From Dimorphilus gyrociliatus (Eukaryota; Animalia; Annelida): a stretch of DNA of 64,000 nucleotides. Made by a program: the position numbers and the translations under genes. The stretch covers positions 540,156-604,155 of the forward strand of contig CAJFCJ010000013.1 in assembly GCA_904063045.1 (NCBI GenBank). The letters run 5' to 3'. Shown here in pieces: positions 1 through 10,970 of this stretch. How positions within the stretch are numbered: position 1 is the stretch's first letter; every line of letters starts with the position of its first letter. The notes below the pieces were generated by a model that had not been told where the DNA came from, ran no database searches, and saw nothing but the letters and a program-made list of their open reading frames with translations.

Positions 1-240
1 TAAAAAACAAATGTTTTCGGTCCAAAACGTTCTAAAAACATAAAAACAATTGAGCGTTTTTTTGCTTTAAGTATTGTCCAGCTCCAACTTAACTGCTGGA
101 CAATTGAGTTTTTTCAAACGTTGATCAGCCTATAATTGTATGTCTAAAAAAGCATATACTTGTTTATATCTCCTATCTAACGTTTAATTTATAATTAAAA
201 TCAATAAAAGTAACTTGAAAAAGAAAAAAAAAGAGAAAAA

Positions 241-358
241 GAATACGGCACCCAGTGTTCCCAGGCGGTCTCCCATCCAAGTACTGACTGGGCCGTACGT
301 CATTTAACTTCGGTGATCGGACGAGAACCGGTGCTTGTAACGTCGTATGGCCGTATAC
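241..358 (-). rRNA. 5S rRNA copy 1
   Basis: Reverse complement of GTATACGGCCATACGACG...GGGTGCCGTATTC (118 nt). Aligns without gaps to the eukaryotic 5S layout (box C TGGATGGGAGACCGCCTG). T-rich terminator follows; TTTAAATAG at -30. Confidence 0.97.
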
Positions 359-1132
359 AATTGACTACTTAACTTTGTGCTATTTAAACGAATCATAGTT
401 ATGTTGTCAATATTAAAACTACATACCTCAAAAGTTATTTCAAAGCAGTTTACCTAATATTCTTCTTATTCAAACGATCACTACATCGTTGCCCCTATTG
501 TCGAAAAAGTGTTTTCACAAAAGTCTCAGCGCTGGACTTGAGAGCCAATCTGATAAGGTACTATAAAAAATATACAAAAACACGCAGAGTACCCTCTATT
601 CCCAGACGAAAAGCGGTTCGTAATCAAAAAACCCAATTTATGTTTTATGTCAATCAACTGGTTCTTATTAAAGCCCCATTCAACGCAGATATTTAGCTGT
701 AAATGACTATCTAGCGTATGATGAAGTTTGATTATAATAATAGAAAACTTGAAAGACGAGTTTAACTATTCTATATAATTTTCGTTTCGAGATGATACAC
801 AAATATTATATGTAGGAAAGTAACAAAAGTAACTGTGATTATTTCACCAGAGAGTTCAAAATCAATTGTCACTCTATTGTAATACTTAATATAAATGATT
901 TTATTATAATCACTCCACTGCTATTTGTTGAAATTACTGCAAACTCTAAGCTGCCAGGTTGGTAATAGGATATTTTTAGGCGACTGTCAGATATCAGCGT
1001 CTCTGAAGCATGCGGATAAATGTCTACATCAAAATCTTTGTTTTGGCATAAAAACTTGGATTATAGACGTTAAACAGAGACAACGAAAACAAAAGAACAG
1101 AAGAAGAATTAAGTAAGAAAAAAAAGAAAAAA

Positions 1133-1250
1133 GAATACGGCACCCAGTGTTCCCAGGCGGTCTCCCATCCAAGTACTGACTGGGCCGTACGTCATTTAAC
1201 TTCGGTGATCGGACGAGAACCGGTGCTTGTAACGTCGTATGGCCGTATAC
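1133..1250 (-). rRNA. 5S rRNA copy 2
   Basis: Same 118-nt unit; TATAAATAG at -30; oligo-T terminator. Confidence 0.97.
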
Positions 1251-1773
1251 AATTGACTACTTAACTTTGTGCTATTTATACTACATGTGCTTTTATTAAA
1301 ATCATTTGAAAATCATGACCGTTTTAAGGATAACGTGACTAAGTACTTAAATGACAATATATCTGCCTGTAGAAGCAACGTCAGCGTTAACTTTTAGTCT
1401 TTACCTCTCTTTTTTTTAGAAATTTACAGAAAGAAAACTATGAAAAAATATCTTAAATATTTATCTTTGAATATAACTCTGAACCTCACTCCAACTTTAA
1501 ACCCATCTGGTAATAATAATAACCAAAGTGGGAGATAGTTGATTATATTCTTCCCTCTTTGTCATTTTTGAGGAGAAAAGAAGAGTAATATCTGTTTGCG
1601 AACTTAGTCTTAGGACACTGTAGAAGATTGATATGAGTTCACCTAAAGAATACGTATAAAAATGAAATTGCAATATCGGTGATACCATTAAAATCACTTT
1701 GCTTTATGTAACCATTTTATTAGAGTCGCTGTTCACGTGATAATGAGAAGAGTGATTAGAGATGTAGGTGTTG

Positions 1774-1782
1774 TATAAATAG
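1774..1782 (+). promoter_or_regulatory. TATA-like upstream element of the 5S genes (representative copy)
   Basis: T(A/T)TAAATAG starts exactly 30 nt before +1 in all ten plus-strand copies and in the minus-strand copies indexed (e.g. 380-388, 1272-1280); the same motif is visible upstream of the other minus-strand copies. Confidence 0.85.
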
Positions 1783-1803
1783 CGTAAATCTAAGTAGACC
1801 ATT

Positions 1804-1921
1804 GTATACGGCCATACGACGTTACAAGCACCGGTTCTCGTCCGATCACCGAAGTTAAATGACGTACGGCCCAGTCAGTACTTGGATGGGAGACCGCCTG
1901 GGAACACTGGGTGCCGTATTC
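1804..1921 (+). rRNA. 5S rRNA copy 3
   Basis: Same 118-nt unit; TATAAATAG 1774-1782; T-run from 1922. Confidence 0.97.
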
Positions 1922-2543
1922 TTTTTATCTTTTTTTTCTTCTCTTTGGTCCTCGTAACGTAGTTTTCATAACTAGAAAGTTTTTCTTTTGCCTAAAGTAA
2001 AAACCTAAAATATGACAAATGTTATTTCGCAGAGCGTAAACGTGTTATGGTCTGTTTTGTTTCACTTTCTTTGTGACTGTAAGGTTTTTTTTGCGATAAT
2101 TTTCTGTATTTCAGCGATTTTTAAATCGTTTACTAAGTGACATTTTCGCGATGTGAAAGTTTCTGTTTTCCATGATAAGGCCCTTGATTAATTCAAAGGT
2201 TAAAAAGCAAGGTTGATTCATTTTGAACGATAATCACTACCGTTTAAGCTTAAACAATTGGCTTAAGATGACTTACCTCTATTTATACGTAATACATTTA
2301 AAATTGTGATTAGTACAATCGACAATGAAGAAGAGAAAATATGTTCTCCTGGAATGTTAATGTTACGCACATAGTTGAACTTTTTAGAGAAATTTGGGAC
2401 TCTGTATAGTTAAATATAATTTTCACTCGATCTTCAATATTTCTCTCTTCCTGTCATTTGCGTTTCTAGAAATTCTCATAAAACGGGTGAATGTGTTAAG
2501 AGAAGAATCTACGTTTAAATAGGGCATAGTTAAGCAGTCTGTT

Positions 2544-2661
2544 GTATACGGCCATACGACGTTACAAGCACCGGTTCTCGTCCGATCACCGAAGTTAAAT
2601 GACGTACGGCCCAGTCAGTACTTGGATGGGAGACCGCCTGGGAACACTGGGTGCCGTATTC
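2544..2661 (+). rRNA. 5S rRNA copy 4
   Basis: Same unit; TTTAAATAG at 2514; T-runs after. Confidence 0.97.
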
Positions 2662-3323
2662 TTTTTTCTTTTTTTTTTGTCTTTCTTTCCTAAATTCATA
2701 TAATAAACCGCAACTTCTTGCTTTTTACTTTCATCTTTCTCATTTTGTTTGATTGTAAACCTTAGAAGAAAAGTATTCTGAAACCAAGTCGATCACTTCA
2801 TTGTTATGGTCGAAGGACATCGAACTGTTCACATCCCTAATCCATAAAGTTGTGTATACCAATTGCGAAAATGATGAAACACTTTTCGCTGGACTGCGTC
2901 AGTCTCTTTTCTCTTTCATTTTAAATTGAAGAAAAATCTTCTTTTACATTGAAAAGATGTTTACAGTCTATTTACGAAAGATTTACACTTGCAAAGAAAA
3001 AGTAGAGGTCCATTAATTATTGCAAATTTCAACATTAGCTTACTTCACATTTAATCATCCTTCTAACGCAATGTTGTCACGAGGTCCTCCATCTCCCTAC
3101 ACTTTGACTGTTCACCGAATATCTTCAGAGGCGGTTGAATGAGAACCACTTTTAACATCGAAAACTTATTTTATCCACTATCTTCTCTTTCTTTTCTTGT
3201 ACAGAGATGTTCTTTATCTAGGAAGAAACGATTGAAAAGTTTATTTGGGCAGAAAAACCTAGATTACAACTGATAAATAAACACAAGCGGAGAAAAAACT
3301 ATGGGAAGAAAAAAAAAGAAAAA

Positions 3324-3441
3324 GAATACGGCACCCAGTGTTCCCAGGCGGTCTCCCATCCAAGTACTGACTGGGCCGTACGTCATTTAACTTCGGTGAT
3401 CGGACGAGAACCGGTGCTTGTAACGTCGTATGGCCGTATAC
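3324..3441 (-). rRNA. 5S rRNA copy 5
   Basis: Same unit on the minus strand. Confidence 0.97.
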
Positions 3442-3937
3442 AATTGACTACTTAACTTTCCGCTATTTATACTAAGTGTACCTTTATCAAAATTATTTGA
3501 AAAACATGAATATTTCAGTAATATGTTCTTTAAATAAAAGAACGAAAACATATCTGTCAGCCAAATCAAGGCAATCGTTCATATCTGAAAAAACTTTTAC
3601 TCACTCCAACTTCACTCGATTTTCTCCAACTTATCGATCTATGTGATAACGATATCAAGCGAAAGATTTGTATTATATACATTTCTTTCCGTCGTTTTTA
3701 TGGAAAGAAAAAGAGTAATATCTGATTGATAACTAAGGTGAAAGATATTGTTGGACGTCAATAAAAGTTCCCTCAAAGAATGCGCCTTTTTTAGAGCGTA
3801 GTAATACCATCTTTAGTTTTTAAGTCATTTTTCGGCTTTTTTGAGTATTTTAACGAAGTCGATATTCTTTTAAGAATATGAAGAAAAAAGGTTAGATATA
3901 GGTGCTGTATAAATAGCGCATAGTTAAGTAGTCAATT

Positions 3938-4055
3938 GTATACGGCCATACGACGTTACAAGCACCGGTTCTCGTCCGATCACCGAAGTTAAATGACGTA
4001 CGGCCCAGTCAGTACTTGGATGGGAGACCGCCTGGGAACACTGGGTGCCGTATTC
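3938..4055 (+). rRNA. 5S rRNA copy 6
   Basis: Same unit; TATAAATAG at 3908. Confidence 0.97.
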
Positions 4056-5072
4056 TTTTTATCTTTTTTTCGACTGTTTTCTTTCTAATTTCGTCCTCTT
4101 TGCCTCTCAAAAATGTTATTCTAGATTTCAGTACAAAACTCATAAACTTAATCCGTTCAACCAATGATGATTTTCATTTCATTTTTCATAACATTTTTTT
4201 TCCTTCTGCTCTCTTCTAGTCATTACGTTGTCTTTACGAATCCAATGCCTGTCAAACTATTGACAATCCCGGCTCGTATCCAACTATTGAAGCTCAACAA
4301 ACAAACAACTATAAGCCATTTGAGATCTACCACAAAAATATTACACTCTTTTTCTTATGAATATATATATTACTCTTCCAGACTAAGGGAAACTGCCGAA
4401 AGTGTAACCCTATGCTCGACAAATATCGTCTATATTAAAATGTGCAGGGATTGCATTATCAGGACTGTTATTTTTCTATTTACACAAGGAGAAACATCAT
4501 ACGACTTATCACCATCATCAACTATTTCGTTAAGAACGATATCCGTATTTTTTTGAAGATGTGACGAGGAAAAAGATAGAAAAGAATTGGAATATCATCG
4601 AGGAATTCCTATAGAGTCGCAAAGATGTGTGGGTTGACAATAGAATAAGAAAAAGACATTCCAACACTAAGCCAAGCAAATTAAAAGCCACTCTTAAATT
4701 CTTGATTATATTTTCTTAATTGTACGTAAGAAATGCTTACGTTCTTGTCTTAAAAAGCCTCTTTTTGACACTATTTAGTACTCAACAGATCACTCAATAA
4801 GAGAGCAATTTTTCTTTAGTAAAAATGAAAATTTTTATAATACTAACTAGATAAGGAAAATATGTTACGTTGCAAAAAGGCAGTAGAATTGGTTTGTCAA
4901 TACTTTCTAATATAACAATTGCAAGTAGTTAAAATTAAAAAAAATACCTTTATACGTCAGTGATAGAAAGGACACTCTGCTATTATTTATTGTGTCAATG
5001 TTCTGAAAAAACATGAAGAAAAAAGGTTAGATATAGGTGTTGTATAAATAGCGCATAGTTAAGCAGACTGTT

Positions 5073-5190
5073 GTATACGGCCATACGACGTTACAAGCAC
5101 CGGTTCTCGTCCGATCACCGAAGTTAAATGACGTACGGCCCAGTCAGTACTTGGATGGGAGACCGCCTGGGAACACTGGGTGCCGTATTC
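5073..5190 (+). rRNA. 5S rRNA copy 7
   Basis: Same unit; TATAAATAG at 5043. Confidence 0.97.
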
Positions 5191-5723
5191 TTTTTCTTTT
5201 TTTTCTTCTATTCTCTTTCAATTCTCTGTCTTTTTCCTGTTGATCCTATTTTTTTCTTCGATTAATCATTTCAATCATATTTTTTCAACGAAACAAAAGA
5301 AATTTGACGTTTATTTTGTAAGAAAAGAAATGGAATATTTTGTATACAAAGTTTTAAGAACCGATTTACACAAACTGAATTTTCTGTTGATTTTCGCTGA
5401 ATTTTCGGTTTCTTGATTATCTCACTTTGTCACTTGTATGGATTTTAATTCCATCTTTTCTATCTATTTACGCATACGCCTTTCTCCTTCAATCTTTTCT
5501 TTAATTATATAAAACTATTAGATTTGACAATAATATATTTTAAACGAAGAAAAACACGTAAGAAAAAATACTTCCAAACAACAAAGATAAACAACTGAAC
5601 GCCGGTGTTCTTTCTCTAGGCAGATACATTTTGGCTTGGCGATATCGTTGAATGGGTCACGTCTTACAAAGACTTTAATAAAGGCACATGTAGTATAAAT
5701 AGCGCAAATCTAAGTAGACTATT

Positions 5724-5841
5724 GTATACGGCCATACGACGTTACAAGCACCGGTTCTCGTCCGATCACCGAAGTTAAATGACGTACGGCCCAGTCAGTA
5801 CTTGGATGGGAGACCGCCTGGGAACACTGGGTGCCGTATTC
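5724..5841 (+). rRNA. 5S rRNA copy 8
   Basis: Same unit; TATAAATAG at 5694. Confidence 0.97.
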
Positions 5842-6046
5842 TTTTTTCCCTTTTTTTCTTCTTCATTCTCGTAAATCATATTTTCTCTTTTTCCTTTCCG
5901 TTTCTCTTTCACTTTTTTCTCTTCGTTTAGAAAATGTTGTCAACATTAAAAATGGTTTAACAAACGTGTTTTCACCGAATTAAACAGAGAGAATATAATC
6001 AATATAGGATTCTTCACCCATGCAGACAGAATTATATATTGCATAT
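5724..6046. repeat. Inverted repeat with 36785-37103 (5S plus about 200 bp downstream flank)
   Basis: The flank of copy 8 (CTTCATTCTCGTAAATCATATTTTC...CCCATGCAGACAGA...GCATAT) is the reverse complement of the flank of copy 9. Confidence 0.92.
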
Positions 6047-6303
6047 TTTATATATATATAGTATATGTAGTCGTTGAGTGGGTAGCGGACATAGGTCGCC
6101 GTTATTTCATCGACTTTATCAATACAACACGTTAGGATATAAGGTTTATACTAATACAGTAAATGTAGCAGTAATTATAAGTAACACATATTACAACGAA
6201 AATAATAAACGGTAAAAAACGGTTGGTTTTAAATTATATAAACGTAACGATAATTTGGCTTGTTGCCAAATTTAGGCGATGTACTCGTTGACTACAGTAT
6301 ATA

Positions 6304-9300
6304 TGTTGTCATGGTAACAATTATAACTAAGTATGAATAGTTATTTTTATTATTTAACAGAATCGTTAGTAATTTTAAGTAGCTATGGTTATGGATGAAT
6401 ATTGTAAAAAAAAATGAAAATATCACTTAAACTAAATTTGAATGTTAGAAAGGTGAAATTAAGCAAAAATTATCGTAATGTTGGATATATTGGTAAATTT
6501 GGCAATTTACCAAGTCTAGTCGTTATGACTATCAACTACACTGACCGGGGGAAATGGAACAAAAAGGGACTCGTTTGGAAGATATGGGATTATAATCCTA
6601 GCACCTCTTTCCACTTTGCTATGTCAATTGAACATTTTGAAAGAACGTTCCGATATTTGTCGGGTTACGTTGCAAGTGTTAATTTGTGCATTGCTTGTTA
6701 TTCTAGGTGTAGTACTAAGTCATCTATTTGTAAGTTTGGTTTGTATTGATCTTTTTGTTCGCCTTTGGAAGTCCTTGAACAGTGAGGTATAGCATTTCGT
6801 GTTCAATTGGTGGCGTTCTTAGTTGTTGTCGCTGGGTCGTATTCGCCGCCTTTTATTGGGAGTTTTGATAGTTTGATGCAATCGATTGCTGATGCTATTA
6901 TCCTTTATTCCTATTGTCGCATATATAAGATGCAAACTTTCAGCTAACTGATCCGAATTACTCGAAGAGACGCATGGCTGTTATTATAATACCTCTAGTA
7001 ATGAGTATGATTTCGATACTATCTATGGGCATTGCACCCTGAACCATTTTGTTAAAAATACCTTTGTGCCGTGTCTAGTTCGACGGTTATCTTTGTGCCC
7101 TTAGAACTTTCCGATAGACGAGATTTAGTTTTAAACCTTAGAATAGCCATGGTACGACGAATCTTTGGCCAATCCTCCTTTATAGTGAAAGTTAAGTCAG
7201 TAATCACGAAGTTGATTATTTGCTTTTAATTGATTTGTTTTGATATTTATATTCTTAAATAAAGCCCATTTCTCCTTTATCTTTCTCCTTGGTTTTGTCA
7301 AGTAGCACCACTCGGCCTTTGTTTCAGTTATTATCGATGACTCGACAGCGTGGTATATCTATTTCGATAATTTTAGGTCTCCGTTCTCTAAATAGTTTAG
7401 GAAGACTTTGCTATCCATAAATACTTTAATAGGACTGTCGGGAAAAACGATTTAATAAGGTTTAATAAAGTGTCCTGCTCGTACTGCTGTTGCCAATTCT
7501 GCTCGTGGGATTGATGCTCGGGGAGAGGAATGCTAGGAGGCTGCCTTGATTATCTTTTTTGGCGTATACTGCAGCACCATAAGCTATATCGGATGCATCT
7601 GAATATCTTGTATATGGATTGCGTCAGATATTGGGATCTCTCTAGAAATCTAATAGGTTTCCGATATCTCTACGATTTTTGTGGTGATGCGTGTTTCTTC
7701 AACGGTTTCATCTCATTGAAATCCGTGGAATTCTGAAACCCACGATGTTGTAAATACGTGCTAAGTAAGGGTAGAAGTGCCGTTTTGTCATAGAACGTTC
7801 GGTGTCTCAGTTTGGTAGATTGGCCTAAATTTCACCAGAATCTTGAAAATAGGTCAAACCAAAGACTTTTATAGGGGAAATCGATGTGTTTGATTTTCAA
7901 AGAGGAGTGTGAACTGACCCAGCGCTGTTGTAGCATATTTATCCAGGAATTCGATAGATGTCGCCGAGAACTATGGCTTCTGCTAAAATAAGAATACTTT
8001 AAATGTTTTGTTGATAGAAATTAAATTATGAAATGTTCAACTCATTGAAAAGTATATAAACCCAATGAATTTAATAGTTATTACCTTAGTTTTCAAAGTA
8101 CTTGCTTTGAACCAGAATCTCAGAATGCTTATGGAGAAATTATTGACGTTTTTAATAAGCTTTTAATACTGTTTACATTATATTATCTAAGTTAATATTT
8201 ATTTAAATAAACTTTGCAACATTCAAATACATGTATAATGCACAGGGCGACTTCTGTTAATCCCTTTAGCCAGGGGTAAATCTTTAGCGCCGAGTTTGTG
8301 GCAAGGTTTCTAGTTCCTTTTCATAATTGCCAACCTGAAGGTCGTTCATATGTATGTTATCGATGAAAGGAAAATGGAGAAGCTTGCTTAATACTGGAAA
8401 ATAGACCGGTCTATGCCACAAAAGGTGAGCTCGTGCGCCGAAAATATGACGAGTTATCACAGCAGATAGAATGTTACCCTTCTGATTAGGAACCAAAATA
8501 GTACTAAACAGATATTCATAAATATAGATTTAATGTCCGCTAATATGAATATACGGTTGTGCTTGCCACAGTGTGAGAAGGTGGATCTGGGTAGATAATA
8601 ATGAGGGCCCTGGTAAGAGAACATCATTAAGGGAGTAGCCACGGTATTTTACAGCTCCATCAAACACAATGCAAAGTGATTTATTTTTAGGGTTGGTAAC
8701 GCCTTGGTGGGGAAGGTAAAAGTTTACCTCATTATGTGGCACTGGTCGGGCACAATTTTTGTCGAACAAGGCTTGAATACTTTTAATATATTCATCATTG
8801 TATGTGGATTGACGACGGATAGTCTGTAAAGGAGCTCTAGCTCTGCATCAAAGTTTAACATTATGAATTTCTTATTTCAGAATATTTTTAGAGGTCGATT
8901 GTGGGGATTGCATTGTCTGATGAGTAGATCGACTCAACCACTAGGTATTGCTGATTCAGTATTACGCGAATTAATGTATATTGCGGGTTGGTTCACAGTC
9001 CGTGGTAGGGAATCTTAGAAATATTTTGTAAAAATTATTGGCTGATCAAGTGAGATTGAAGCGCCAGTATGGATAAAGGTCAACATTCAGTAGTTGACTG
9101 ATGCTGGAACTTGAAAGGAGGCAGCGTAGATAGGCATTCTTTCGTTGTTAGCATCGGAATGGTTCATATTTAAGGAAAAGGTTGATTTAGGTATTGCTAG
9201 AGTTTGATGGTGTATTCTAGTATGATGAAGTTGGTTACATTTTTTGCGGTTAAACTTGGATTGATAATCGTCACTTGTATAACTGCTGCCTAAAGTATTA

Positions 9301-10174
9301 GGGTAACGGTTGAGTGCTTGAACTAGTCTTCTTTTCCCTTCAAAACCTGCATTTATATAAGATAGGCAATGTGCCAAACATGGATGATTATCTCAGCACA
9401 AATATTTTGAATTCTCATCTGAAGGTGTGTTTATTGAGTCCACATTTTTAGATCTGTTGTTTTTATTCTGGGAAGGATACTTTTCGATGATGGATGTTTG
9501 TTTTCTTGCAGTACCATCAGGGAATTTCGTCATGTTAGACGCTACAACTTTTGTATCTGCTCTAGGGGAAATATAGAATCGGTTTTCGATAGCTCCTATA
9601 ATATGCGTTATTGTTTCACCTAGTTAGTGCGATAATGACAGTTCTATATAAATATTGGAAGTTGGTACCATCAAACTTTTCGGATAGGTCAATTCTTTTA
9701 TTCCTTAGACAATCAATTTTTGTGGCAAATTTATACGTTGTAGAATCGATTTAGTTTGTTTATTAATAGTAAATGATGTTATCTTCTTTGTTTTGAAAAA
9801 TTTTCAAAATTTGAATGTTCGAAGTTCCGCCATCTTGTTCTTTGACCGTTGGAATATGTTTCATCTCTTGTATTTATATAGATGCAGATGAATTACGTGA
9901 TTCGTTGGTAAGATTCGTTTGGTTAGAATCTGGGCGGTTATTTCTATCAACCTTTCCTCAAATTTATCTCTTTGCTCTACCAATTTATCATCAAGGGTTT
10001 ACGATTCGGTCGTTTTGACCATTTGAGATGTGATTTTCAATTTATCTGGACGGTTGACTCCATTGGCCATTTGGATGTTAGAAAGGTAAAGTTAAGCATA
10101 AATATAACGTAATGTTGGATATATTTTAAACCTTGGCAACGCCCCAAGTCTAGTTGTTATGACCATCGACTACA
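6304..10174 (-). mobile_element. Degenerate BEL/Pao LTR retrotransposon A
   Basis: Minus-strand RT fragment FYLPHQGVTNPKNKSLCIVFDGAVKYRGYSLNDVLLPGPSLL and LADIKSIF (BEL/Pao RT signature). 3' LTR 6304-6540 (TGTAG...ACAACA on minus); partial 5' LTR 10076-10174. Many stops and frameshifts. Confidence 0.85.
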
Positions 10175-10499
10175 TACATACACTACACGTACACAGTCGC
10201 GATATTAAGTAATTGTTACAAGGGTAAAAATTTCTAAAAATCTAAATATTATTGATTTACAAATTAACTCTAGAATATTTTCTTCTATAGGATAGATGAC
10301 TAGGGAAACATGAGGGCAAATTGTAGAAATATATTTATGTTTTATTCAGGAATTTATCGCTATGAATTTTGATCGCTATTAAGTAATTGTACACCATCAC
10401 TATGACCTAATGAGTTGTGTCATCGAAAATATAATTGGCCTATAAAATTGTTCTCTTGTTCTAGCAGGAATTTAGAATATGCGGTTTCTCTTGTATTTA

Positions 10500-10970
10500 T
10501 TTAAATATTCATCATTTATCCGAAGAAGTCCGAATTGATATTCTCAATCATTTAGCAAGACCAAAACTGAACATTCAGAACATTGCAAAAATCTTTAACA
10601 TAAAAAACAAGTTCAAAGAATTTAAAACTGTAAAAGATTTACATATGTCTGGTAGACATATTGGAAACAACTTAAAAAAAGATTACAGTTTTGCAACCCA
10701 AAGCTCAAATGGAGCTTTAATAGGTGGGAGCAAGTAAATTTTAGCGATAAGAGCAAAATTGAACATCCTCGTCGAAGGGAATATGTAAGGAGGCTGATAG
10801 CTACAAGGAATGATCCTAATTACATCACTAAAATGGTAAAGTTTGGTGGCGGAAGAAGCATCATGGCTTTTGAATATATCAAATCAGATGTACTTAATAG
10901 CGATTGAGAATACGATAGAGTTTTCCAAATGTTGGATCAGAGGTGGAAATAGTTAATTTTGGCCATCCCT
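10500..10970 (+). mobile_element. Tc1/mariner transposase relic with right terminal repeat
   Basis: Fragments WEQVNFSDKSKIE and PNYITKMVKFGGGRSIM (Tc1 FSDES and VKHGGGS motifs); ends in AATTTTGGCCATCCC-TA. The left boundary is approximate. Confidence 0.7.

Larger units (their letters stand above)
1804..2661. repeat. 858/857-bp direct duplication with 39944-40800
   Basis: Copy 3-spacer-copy 4 equals copy 13-spacer-copy 14, apart from one T-run indel and a GGTCC/GTTCC SNP seen by eye. Confidence 0.95.
3324..5190. repeat. 1867-bp inverted segmental duplication with 38195-40061
   Basis: Copies 5-6-7 and their spacers are the reverse complement of copies 13-12-11. Coordinate sums are constant (43385), and the ORF track gives identical peptides (4164..4556 vs 38829..39221). 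One SNP seen at 3450. Confidence 0.95.

Noticed and set aside
4016-4219. Short ORFs beginning MDGRPPGNTGCRIL or MTYGPVSTWMGDRLGTLGAVF (also 37595, 37944, 38069, 39166, 40761, 42169)
   Set aside because: They are translations of the 5S gene running into its T-rich terminator, not proteins.
4164-4556. 130-aa ORF duplicated at 38829..39221
   Set aside because: It is identical only because it lies in the recent inverted duplication; it has low-complexity AT-rich composition and no domain.
1251-5723. Search for SL RNA, U snRNA, tRNA or histone genes linked to 5S, as in several invertebrates
   Set aside because: No recognisable snRNA, tRNA cloverleaf or histone ORF was seen in the spacers by eye; an Infernal/tRNAscan run would be needed to exclude divergent ones.
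241-5841. Regularly recurring identical repeat with unique spacers, superficially CRISPR-like
   Set aside because: The repeat is a 118-nt 5S gene, spacers are 0.4-1 kb, orientations are mixed, there are no cas genes and the DNA is eukaryotic.
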